Assembly (NCBI GenBank): GCA_964549305.1
Contig: CAZJVM010000068.1
Location: 1-12,836 of the forward strand
Origin: an uncultured bacterium
GTDB lineage: Bacteria > Schekmanbacteria > GWA2-38-11 > J061
Direction of reading: 5' to 3'
Length of the DNA stretch: 12,836 bases
Positions 1-7,398 of the stretch are shown piece after piece. The notes beneath the pieces were generated by a model. That model saw only the letters and a program-made list of their open reading frames with translations. It had not been told where the DNA came from and made no database searches. Positions within the stretch are counted from its first letter, which is position 1; each line of letters opens with the position of its first letter. The translations under genes and the position numbers were made by a program.

Positions 1-536
1 GAGAGATTCATAATTTTTGCAATTTCTTCAGGAGGTAAATCTCTTTCATAGTACAATTTCAGGAAAAGCTGGTCCTGTGGTGAAAGTTCTTTAATCACTT
101 TTTCCTTAATTTCTTCCATTTCTTTCTTCTCAAGGCTTTCATCAGGAAGTTCTTTACTGTCTTTTATTAAATTTAAGGGAGGATCTTTATCTTCTTTGGA
201 ATCGTTAAGAGAGTAAAACTTTTTATTTGTTGTTACAAAGTCAAGAGTTGTTCTTACCGCGATGGTTCTGATCCAGGTGGCGGGACTGCATCCGTTTTTT
301 CCCTGAAACTGGCGGATTCGTTTACAGTTGTTTTCAAAGAGTTTTATAAAAATGTTCTGAAAAGTATCATCTATGTCTTCAGTGTTCTACTTTACGTTTT
401 TAGCTTTAAAGATTTTGTGAATAGAATCATAAACAAGGCCTGAAAACCTGTTAACAAAGGTTGACCGCGCATTTTTATCACTGACTGCGCATTTCCGGAA
501 AAGATCAAAATCAGATAGATTTGATTGTGAAGTCAT
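1..536 (-). pseudogene. ECF (group 4) RNA polymerase sigma-70 factor with one in-frame TAG at codon 50 (387-389); 3' end runs off the window. Pseudogene, readthrough or sequencing error is unresolved.
   Basis: Manual translation from ATG at 536: MTSQSNLSDFDLFRKCAVSDKNARSTFVNRFSGLVYDSIHKIFKAKNVK*NTEDIDDTFQNIFIKLFENNCKRIRQFQGKNGCSPATWIRTIAVRTTLDF...LSPQDQLFLKLYYERDLPPEEIAKIMNL. Region 2 motifs (EDIDDTFQNIFIKL; F-x-G...ATWIRTIA) and the region 4 HTH start (LSPQDQ...YY...EEIAKIM) are present. The 178 codons are open apart from the one stop. Confidence 0.85.
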
Positions 537-641
537 AATGTTCTTAATTAATTATTAAAATTATTTTTTTTGCAATATTTATTTATAATAAGTACACAAT
601 GCAAAACATATTTTTTGCAAAGAATTTTTTTGAAATCCTTT

Positions 642-668
642 GGAATAAATTGGAATCAATCTATCGTC
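642..668 (+). promoter_or_regulatory. Possible ECF-type promoter (-35 GGAATA, 17 nt, -10 CGTC) facing the flavoprotein-rubrerythrin genes
   Basis: GGAATA at 642-647 and CGTC at 665-668 resemble general ECF promoter elements (GGAA[C/T]...CGTC/GTT). These are short motifs, so a chance match is possible. Confidence 0.3.
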
Positions 669-672
669 ACCG

Positions 673-691
673 CAAAATGATATTCATTCTG
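673..691. promoter_or_regulatory. Fur-family (Fur/PerR-like) operator box
   Basis: CAAAATGATATTCATTCTG matches 14/19 positions of the classical Fur box GATAATGATAATCATTATC. It is a near-perfect dyad (CAAAATGA-N3-TCATTCTG) lying 14 nt before the AAGGAG RBS (706-711) of an Fe-S/di-iron protein pair. Confidence 0.6.
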
Positions 692-718
692 TTTATCAAA
701 TATATAAGGAGATAATCT

Positions 719-1294
719 ATGAAGGTTGTTGCCTTTAACGGAAGTCCGAGAAAGGGCGGGAATACGGAGCAGTTGATAAAAGAGGTTTTTAAGCCAATTA
801 AAAGCGCCGGTATCGAAACAGAGTTTGTTCAGCTTGGCGGACAGAAGGTGCGTGGTTGTATTGCCTGTATGCAGTGCTGGAAAAACAAGGATAGAAGATG
901 TGCAGTAAAAGATGACATCATTAACGACTGCATTGAAAAAGCTTTTTCCGCTGACGGAATCATTCTTGGCTCACCCACATATTTCACTGATGTTACCGCG
1001 GAGCTTAAAGCTCTCATTGACCGTCTCGGGTTTGTTGCCTATGCGAACGGAGGACTTCTCGGCAGGAAAATAGGCGCGGCGGTGATTGCTGTGAGAAGAG
1101 GCGGTGCAGTACATGCTTATGATTCAATCAATCATCTTTTTCAGATGAGCAGGATGATAGTTGTGGGGTCAACATACTGGAATTTCGGCGTTGGGCTCGA
1201 TAAGGGCGATGTTATGAAAGATGACGAAGGGCTTAAGAATATGAAAGACCTTGGTGAAAATATTGCGTGGCTTTTAAAAAAGATAAATGAATGA
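719..1294 (+). CDS. Iron-sulfur flavoprotein (Isf)-like / flavodoxin-fold NADPH-dependent FMN reductase family protein
   Basis: N-terminal FMN phosphate loop GSPRKGGNT; compact Cys motif C-x2-C-x2-C-x7-C (CIACMQCWKNKDRRC); ADGIILGSPTYF...LKALIDR; RBS AAGGAG at 706-711. Confidence 0.92.
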   Translation: MKVVAFNGSPRKGGNTEQLIKEVFKPIKSAGIETEFVQLGGQKVRGCIACMQCWKNKDRRCAVKDDIINDCIEKAFSADGIILGSPTYFTDVTAELKALIDRLGFVAYANGGLLGRKIGAAVIAVRRGGAVHAYDSINHLFQMSRMIVVGSTYWNFGVGLDKGDVMKDDEGLKNMKDLGENIAWLLKKINE

Positions 1295-1337
1295 TAAGAA
1301 TGTTTTGGGAGACAATATAAATAAAAAGGAGAAAAAT

Positions 1338-1910
1338 ATGGCGCTTAAGGGAAGCAGGACTGAAAAGAATCTGATGGCGGCATTTGCGGGAGAATCGCAG
1401 GCAAGAAACCGCTATACCTATTATGCTTCTGCCGCGAAGAAGGAAGGTTTCAGGCAGATTTCGGAAATCTTCGAAGAGACGGCGAATCAGGAGAGGGAGC
1501 ATGCGAAGAGACTATTTAAGTTGATGGAAGGCGGAGAAGTGGAAATTACCGGGGCATTTCCCTTTGGGATGATAAAGGGCGCGTCAGAGAATCTCAAGGC
1601 AGGCGCCGCGGGCGAGCATTACGAGTGGACAGAAATGTATCCCGGTTTTGCGAAGATTGCCCGCGAAGAGGGATTCGATAATATAGCGAAGGTTTTCGAA
1701 TCGATTGCCGTTGCCGAGAAACAGCACGAAAAAAGATATCTTGAACTTGCCGCCAATATTGACAATGGAAAAGTTTTCAAGAAAGATAAAACCGTTGTGT
1801 GGCGTTGTATGAATTGCGGTTATCTTCACGAAGGCACAGAAGCACCGGGCGTATGTCCTGCCTGCGACCATAAACAGGCGCATTTCGAGGTGTTGGGCGA
1901 AAACTGGTGA
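1338..1910 (+). CDS. rbr: Rubrerythrin (di-iron four-helix domain plus C-terminal rubredoxin-like domain)
   Basis: TEKNLMAAFAGESQARNRY; ExxH motifs EREH and EKQH; C-terminal CMNC...CPAC. Start moved from 1287 to the ATG at 1338, which follows an AAGGAG RBS. Confidence 0.96.
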   Translation: MALKGSRTEKNLMAAFAGESQARNRYTYYASAAKKEGFRQISEIFEETANQEREHAKRLFKLMEGGEVEITGAFPFGMIKGASENLKAGAAGEHYEWTEMYPGFAKIAREEGFDNIAKVFESIAVAEKQHEKRYLELAANIDNGKVFKKDKTVVWRCMNCGYLHEGTEAPGVCPACDHKQAHFEVLGENW

Positions 1911-1914
1911 CAAA

Positions 1915-1944
1915 GGAATCAATAAACCACTAATTGATTTTTTT
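1915..1944 (+). terminator. Weak AT-rich hairpin plus T-run after rubrerythrin; possible intrinsic terminator
   Basis: AATCAAT (1917-1923) pairs with ATTGATT (1933-1939) and runs into a T tract ending at 1944. The stem is AT-rich and unstable. Confidence 0.3.
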
Positions 1945-2032
1945 ATAAGTTGACAAAGCGCTTTTTTGTCATTGTATCCTGGTTTTCTTTAAGCGCAATC
2001 ACACTTTTAATGGGCGGTCTCCGTTAAATCGC

Positions 2033-2062
2033 TTGACTTTGGAAGGATTATTTCTATATCTT
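2033..2062 (+). promoter_or_regulatory. Putative sigma-70 promoter for topA
   Basis: TTGACT (2033-2038), 18 nt, TATCTT (2057-2062), about 65 nt upstream of the topA ATG. Confidence 0.45.
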
Positions 2063-2126
2063 CTATGATTTTAAAAAAGAGTCAGATTGATTGGTTGGTA
2101 AATAGAAGGGAGTTTTAATATTTAAA

Positions 2127-4556
2127 ATGGCATCTAAATTACTTATAGTTGAGTCGCCCGCAAAGGCAAAAACCATAAACAAGATATTAGGTAAGGATTT
2201 CAAGGTTAAAGCTACTGTGGGGCATATCAAGGACCTTCCCAAAAGCAAACTGGGCATCGACCCTGACAACGGTTTTGAACCCTCTTATTTGGTGATAAAA
2301 GGGAAAGCAAAAACTGTTAAGGAAATCCGTGATGCCGCGGAGAAGGTGGAAGAAATATATATTGCATCAGACCCTGACAGGGAAGGTGAGATGATTGCCT
2401 GGCATGTCGCCTCTGAAATAAGAAAAAAGAAAAAATCAGAAAAGAAGATATTCCGAGTCCTTTTCAATGAGATTACCAAAGACGCGGTAAAAAAAGCGAT
2501 AAATTCACCGGGAGAGATAGATTTAAACAAGGTTGAGGCACAGCAGGCAAGAAGGGTGCTTGACCGCCTTGTGGGATATAAGATAAGTCCGCTTCTCTGG
2601 AAGAAGGTTATGTACGGTCTTAGCGCGGGGAGAGTGCAGTCAGTAGCTTTACGGCTTATATGTGAGCGCGAAGATGAAATTAAAAAATTTGTTTCAGAAG
2701 AATACTGGACAATAGAAGCAATGCACGAGGCGTCGACTCCGCCGGTTTTTAAATCACGCCTTCTCGAGTTTCAAAATGAAAAGATAAAAGTAACGAATAA
2801 GGATGAGTCTGACAATATCCTGAAAGCCATTGAGGATGAAAAATATGTCGTCAGGAAGATAACCAGGAAAGAACGGAAGAGATATCCTCTGCCTCCTTTC
2901 ATTACAAGCACTCTTCAGCAGGAAGCATATCGCCATTACGGTTTTTCAGCCAAAAGAACAATGGTTGTCGCCCAACAGCTTTATGAAGGGCTCGACATAG
3001 GCGGAGAGGGTACTACAGGATTGATTACTTATATGCGAACCGATTCGGTAAGGATTGCAGATGAAGCCAAAAATGCGGCAAGGGATTATATCGGGGAAAA
3101 ATACGGTGAAAAGTACCTTCCCTCATCATCTCCCGAATACGCAAAGGGAAAGAGCGCGCAGGATGCCCACGAAGCAATAAGGCCCACTTCCCTTTCATAC
3201 GACCCCGAAGAAATTGCACAGAATCTTTCAACAGACCAGTTCAAGATTTATTCCCTCATTTGGAAAAGATTCATAAGCAGTCAGATGACCCCGGCAATAA
3301 TTGATGCCACTTCTGTAAATATTCAGGCAGGTGAGTATCTTTTCAGGGCAAATGGAACGGTGCTGAAGTTCGACGGGTTTAAAAAAGTATATACCGAGAA
3401 AAAGGATGATGCCGGCAAAGAAGATGAAAACGGTGGTAATGATAAGGATGTCTTTCTTCCGGAAATGAAAGAAGGCGAAGAAGTCAAGCTTCTTGAATTA
3501 ATCCCCAAACAGCATTTCACGGAACCTCCGCCGAGATTCAGCGAAGCTTCTCTTGTGAAACAGCTTGAAAAGCTGGGTATCGGAAGACCGAGCACATATG
3601 CTGCAATTATGGATAAGATTCAGAACAGGAACTACACTGTAAAGGAAAAGAAGAAATTTATCCCTACCGAATTGGGCATGCTTATAAACAATCTTCTTGT
3701 TGGAAGTTTTCCCGATATCATCAATTCGGATTTCACGGCATCAATGGAAAATCGCCTTGATGAGATAGAAGAGGGGAAAACCGAGCGAAGCGCAGTGCTT
3801 AATGATTTTTACGAAAAATTCGAAAAAGACCTCGATGTGGCTCAAAAAGAGATGGAGGTCAAAGAAGAGGTTACTGACATAAAGTGTGAGAAATGCGGAG
3901 AGCTGATGGTTAAGAAATGGGGACGAAACGGACCGTTTCTTGCCTGTCCCGGTTATCCCGAATGTAAAAATACAACAGATTTTACCGTTGACGACGAAGG
4001 GAAGATAATTCCCGTGGTAGAGGAAGAGATTAAAGAGGTGTGCGATAAGTGTGGTAAAGATATGGCAGTTAAACGTGGACGATTCGGAAGATTTCTTGCC
4101 TGCACAGGTTATCCTGATTGCAAGAATACAAAAAAAATCTCTGCAGACGGAACTGTTGTCCAATCAGATAATGAAGCTAAACTTCTTGATGAAAAATGCC
4201 CAAAATGCGGAAAACAGCTTGCAGAAAGAAACGGAAGATATGGAAAATTTATATCCTGTACCGGTTATCCGAAATGCCGCTATATTAAACCGCAAAGCAC
4301 AGGTGTTAAATGTCAAAAGGAAGGTTGTGACGGAACCATAGTGCAAAAGAAGAGCAGAAGGGGTGTTTTTTACGGATGCGATAAATATCCTGATTGTGAT
4401 TTTTCAATGTGGGATAAACCTCTCGACAGAAAATGTCCGGAATGCGGAAGCAGTTACCTTCTTGAGAGAAAGAAGAAGCGCAACGAGCCCGCGGTGATAG
4501 TATGTCCAAATGATGACTGCGGTTATGAAGAAAACCCACCTGCCGAAGAAAATTAG
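2127..4556 (+). CDS. topA: Type IA DNA topoisomerase I
   Basis: TOPRIM motifs IVESPAKAKTI and DPDREGE; SAGRVQS; catalytic Tyr in LITYMRTDS; GIGRPSTYA; C-terminal tetracysteine zinc ribbons. Confidence 0.98.
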   Translation: MASKLLIVESPAKAKTINKILGKDFKVKATVGHIKDLPKSKLGIDPDNGFEPSYLVIKGKAKTVKEIRDAAEKVEEIYIASDPDREGEMIAWHVASEIRKKKKSEKKIFRVLFNEITKDAVKKAINSPGEIDLNKVEAQQARRVLDRLVGYKISPLLWKKVMYGLSAGRVQSVALRLICEREDEIKKFVSEEYWTIEAMHEASTPPVFKSRLLEFQNEKIKVTNKDESDNILKAIEDEKYVVRKITRKERKRYPLPPFITSTLQQEAYRHYGFSAKRTMVVAQQLYEGLDIGGEGTTGLITYMRTDSVRIADEAKNAARDYIGEKYGEKYLPSSSPEYAKGKSAQDAHEAIRPTSLSYDPEEIAQNLSTDQFKIYSLIWKRFISSQMTPAIIDATSVNIQAGEYLFRANGTVLKFDGFKKVYTEKKDDAGKEDENGGNDKDVFLPEMKEGEEVKLLELIPKQHFTEPPPRFSEASLVKQLEKLGIGRPSTYAAIMDKIQNRNYTVKEKKKFIPTELGMLINNLLVGSFPDIINSDFTASMENRLDEIEEGKTERSAVLNDFYEKFEKDLDVAQKEMEVKEEVTDIKCEKCGELMVKKWGRNGPFLACPGYPECKNTTDFTVDDEGKIIPVVEEEIKEVCDKCGKDMAVKRGRFGRFLACTGYPDCKNTKKISADGTVVQSDNEAKLLDEKCPKCGKQLAERNGRYGKFISCTGYPKCRYIKPQSTGVKCQKEGCDGTIVQKKSRRGVFYGCDKYPDCDFSMWDKPLDRKCPECGSSYLLERKKKRNEPAVIVCPNDDCGYEENPPAEEN

Positions 4557-5847
4557 AATCATCGGTGCCGGACTTGCCGGGTGCGAGTCGGCGTGGCAGC
4601 TTGCTGAAAGAGGATTTGAAGTCGAACTCTTTGAAATGCGCCCCTATATCAATACCCCCGCCCATAAAACGGACGCTTTTGCTGAATTAGTGTGCAGTAA
4701 TTCCCTGAAATCAAATTCACTTGAAAATGCCTCCGGACTTCTCAAAGAGGAGTTAAGGCGCCTTGGGTCATTTATAATCGAAATTGCCGACAGTATGAAT
4801 ATTCCCGGCGGAAAAGCTCTGGTCGTGGACAGGGAAAAGTTTTCGGCTGTTGTAACGGAACGAATAGAAAAACATAAAAACATCGAAGTGAGGCGCGAGG
4901 AGGCAGTTTCGATCAATGACGAGACACCGCTTATTATCGCGAGCGGTCCCCTTACATCGGAAAAATTATTGGCGCAAATCGGAAAACTGGTCGGCGATGA
5001 TTTCCTCTCCTTCTATGACGCCATTGCCCCCATAGTCGATGCTGAAACAATTGATATGAAACGGGCATTCTTTGCCGACAGATACGGCAAGGGAGACGGG
5101 GATTATCTGAATTGTCCTATGGAGAAGGATGAATTCGAGATTTTTTACGATGAGCTTATGAAAGCGGAATCTGTTGATGAGCGGGATTTCGAAAAGATGT
5201 CTTTTTTCGAAGGTTGTCTTCCAGTCGAGGAAATTGGAAGAAGGGGGAAGGACTCTCTGAGATTCGGCGCGATGAGACCTGTGGGCATATGGGGACCTTC
5301 AGGTGAAAAGTATTATGCCGTTGTCCAGCTTCGCCGCGAGAATATGGCCGGAAAGAGCTTTAATCTTGTGGGCTTTCAGACAAGGTTGAGGCAGGGCGCT
5401 CAGGACAAGATAATATCTCTTATACCGGGGCTGAAGAATGCTAAAATATTAAGATATGGTTCAATGCACAAAAACAGCTTCATAAACTCTCCCGCGATTC
5501 TTGATCCTTTTTTGAGGATGAAAACAAATCCGCATATTTATTTTGCGGGACAGATTACCGGTTCCGAAGGATATGTGGAATCAGTGGCAACCGGTTTATT
5601 TGCTTCCGTGAATATGGCAGGGAGTTTCGGGAAAGGAAGTATAATGGAATTTTCCCAAAGCACGGCAATCGGCGGACTAATAAATTACCTGACAAATCCC
5701 GATAATGTCCGGGATTTTCAGCCGATGAATATAAACTTTGGACTTATTCGGGATCCCGAAGGGAAATTTAAAAGAAAAGAGAGAAGAGCTGAAAAGGTAA
5801 AGAAAGCTCTTTTCGAGATAGAAGAAAAACTTCTTTTGATTTCCTGA
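4525..5847 (+). CDS. trmFO: Methylenetetrahydrofolate-tRNA-(uracil-5)-methyltransferase TrmFO (Gid)
   Basis: FAD-binding IIGAGLAGCE; ELVCSNS; FYDAIAPIV; FFEGCLPVE; YAVVQLR; GFQT; AGQITG.EGY; FQPMNINFG; position after topA. The start is uncertain (ATGs at 4510, 4513 and 4525 all overlap the topA end). Confidence 0.96.
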   Translation: MKKTHLPKKIRIIGAGLAGCESAWQLAERGFEVELFEMRPYINTPAHKTDAFAELVCSNSLKSNSLENASGLLKEELRRLGSFIIEIADSMNIPGGKALVVDREKFSAVVTERIEKHKNIEVRREEAVSINDETPLIIASGPLTSEKLLAQIGKLVGDDFLSFYDAIAPIVDAETIDMKRAFFADRYGKGDGDYLNCPMEKDEFEIFYDELMKAESVDERDFEKMSFFEGCLPVEEIGRRGKDSLRFGAMRPVGIWGPSGEKYYAVVQLRRENMAGKSFNLVGFQTRLRQGAQDKIISLIPGLKNAKILRYGSMHKNSFINSPAILDPFLRMKTNPHIYFAGQITGSEGYVESVATGLFASVNMAGSFGKGSIMEFSQSTAIGGLINYLTNPDNVRDFQPMNINFGLIRDPEGKFKRKERRAEKVKKALFEIEEKLLLIS

Positions 5848-5924
5848 TGCTCTAAAACAGTTGCCCTCTAAATTTTAATGTTGGATACTATACTAAAACA
5901 CATTTAATTTTATAAAAGCATATA

Positions 5925-6824
5925 ATGGAAAGAGAGATAAAAATATTCAGGGCATACATCGAGACTGAGAAGGGGTTTTCCGTTCATACAGTGCGCAATT
6001 ATATGAAAGACCTCGAGCATTTTCAAAAATTTCTCATTGAAAAGAAAGCATCCATGAAGATAGAAAACATTACCTCTTCCCTTGTCCGCGCTTTCATTTC
6101 AAAAAGCGTATCGGGAGGAAACAGCAGGACTACCGTGGCAAGAAAACTTTCCACCCTGAGAAGTTTCTTCCGTTTTTTTCAAAAAGAGGGGATTATAGGA
6201 ATAAATCCCGCGTCACAGGTCAGTCTTCCAAAAAAGGGGAGTAAGCTTCCGGAATTCCTGAGCGTTGACGAAGTTTTCAGGCTTCTTGGGGGAAAAAACG
6301 AAAAATCCTTTCCTGTGCTTCGCGATATTGCAATACTCGAATTGCTTTACGCGACGGGAGTGCGCGTAAGTGAACTTGTGGAAATTGATTTTGACAAGGT
6401 TGATTACTCTTCAAACACCATAAGGGTTAAGGGTAAAGGAAATAAGGAGAGGGTGGTGATATTCGGTGAAAGCGCGTCGAAAGCATTGAGAGCATACATT
6501 GATGAGAGAAGAAAAAGGGAATACGGAAGTGAAGAAAAGGCGCTTTTCATAAACTTGAGAGGTGCAAGACTCACCGCCAGGTCGGTCGCGAGAATCGTTG
6601 ATAAATACTGCAGAAAAAGCGGTATTTACAAGCGTATCGGACCGCATAAACTCAGGCATACATTTGCCACGCATATGCTGAATTCAGGGGCAGACCTACG
6701 AACCATTCAGGAGTTGCTCGGACATTCCTCTTTGTCCACAACTCAAAAATATACTCATATTGGTATTGATAAACTCGTTGAAACTTACGATAAGTATCAT
6801 CCTCGTTCTAAATTAAAGAAATGA
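5925..6824 (+). CDS. xerC: Tyrosine recombinase XerC
   Basis: Catalytic set [42 protein letters not shown]; 299 aa; canonical position between trmFO and hslV. Confidence 0.93.
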   Translation: MEREIKIFRAYIETEKGFSVHTVRNYMKDLEHFQKFLIEKKASMKIENITSSLVRAFISKSVSGGNSRTTVARKLSTLRSFFRFFQKEGIIGINPASQVSLPKKGSKLPEFLSVDEVFRLLGGKNEKSFPVLRDIAILELLYATGVRVSELVEIDFDKVDYSSNTIRVKGKGNKERVVIFGESASKALRAYIDERRKREYGSEEKALFINLRGARLTARSVARIVDKYCRKSGIYKRIGPHKLRHTFATHMLNSGADLRTIQELLGHSSLSTTQKYTHIGIDKLVETYDKYHPRSKLKK

Positions 6825-6841
6825 AAAAGGAAAAAAGGGCT

Positions 6842-7384
6842 ATGAAGGAAAGGCAGTTTAGAAGCACTACGATTTTGTGCGTGAGAAGAAAAAACAAGGT
6901 TGCAATGGCAGGAGACGGGCAGGTGACATTCGCGAATTCGATGATAATGAAAAGAAACGCGAAAAAGGTGAGAAGACTTTATAAGGACAAGATTCTCTCG
7001 GGATTTTCCGGGTCTTCCGCTGACGCGATTACTTTGCTTGCGATGTTTGAGGAAAAACTCGAGCAATACGGAGGAAATCTTTCAAGGTCTGCCGTTGAAT
7101 TGGCGCGGGATTGGAGGAAAGATAAAATCCTCACAAAACTCGAAGCTTTGATAATTGTTTCCGACAAGAAAACCACCTTTGTCATTTCAGGCACGGGAGA
7201 TGTTATTGAGCCCGACGACAATATCATTGCCATAGGGTCGGGCGGGGCATACGCTCAGGCGGCGGCAAAGGCGTTAATGAAGAAGACAAATCTTTCGGCA
7301 GCAGAAATCGTCAGGGAAGCAATGTCTATCGCTGCCGACATATGCATATATACGAATAATGAGGTTACATTCGAAGAATTATGA
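6842..7384 (+). CDS. hslV: ATP-dependent protease peptidase subunit HslV (ClpQ)
   Basis: TTIL...[47 protein letters not shown]. The start may be 6821 (ATGA overlap with the xerC stop) or 6842. Confidence 0.97.
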   Translation: MKERQFRSTTILCVRRKNKVAMAGDGQVTFANSMIMKRNAKKVRRLYKDKILSGFSGSSADAITLLAMFEEKLEQYGGNLSRSAVELARDWRKDKILTKLEALIIVSDKKTTFVISGTGDVIEPDDNIIAIGSGGAYAQAAAKALMKKTNLSAAEIVREAMSIAADICIYTNNEVTFEEL

Positions 7385-7398
7385 AAGGGACGATGTTT

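Noticed and set aside
387..389. Genome-wide TAG reassignment (alternative genetic code)
   Set aside because: TAG ends topA (4554-4556), the nucleotidyltransferase (11436-11438) and the ALDH (12415-12413) at plausible natural C-termini, which is 3 of 12 visible stops. No other gene here has an internal TAG. Only conditional or site-specific readthrough remains open.
1287..1337. 17-aa N-terminal extension of rubrerythrin
   Set aside because: A strong AAGGAG precedes the ATG at 1338, and family similarity begins there.
3885..4520. DNA-level repeats or a CRISPR-like array in the topA 3' region
   Set aside because: The recurring GGTTATCC-type words encode the repeated zinc-ribbon GYP motifs and have no repeat-spacer structure.
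5925..6824. Tyrosine recombinase as a phage or island integrase
   Set aside because: Size, motifs and the trmFO-xerC-hslVU context identify housekeeping XerC. No att-like repeats, tRNA or cargo genes are nearby.
6821..6870. Unusual N-terminal extension on HslV before the catalytic Thr
   Set aside because: Short processed propeptides ending in F-[HR]-[AGS]-TTI are common in HslV/ClpQ proteins.
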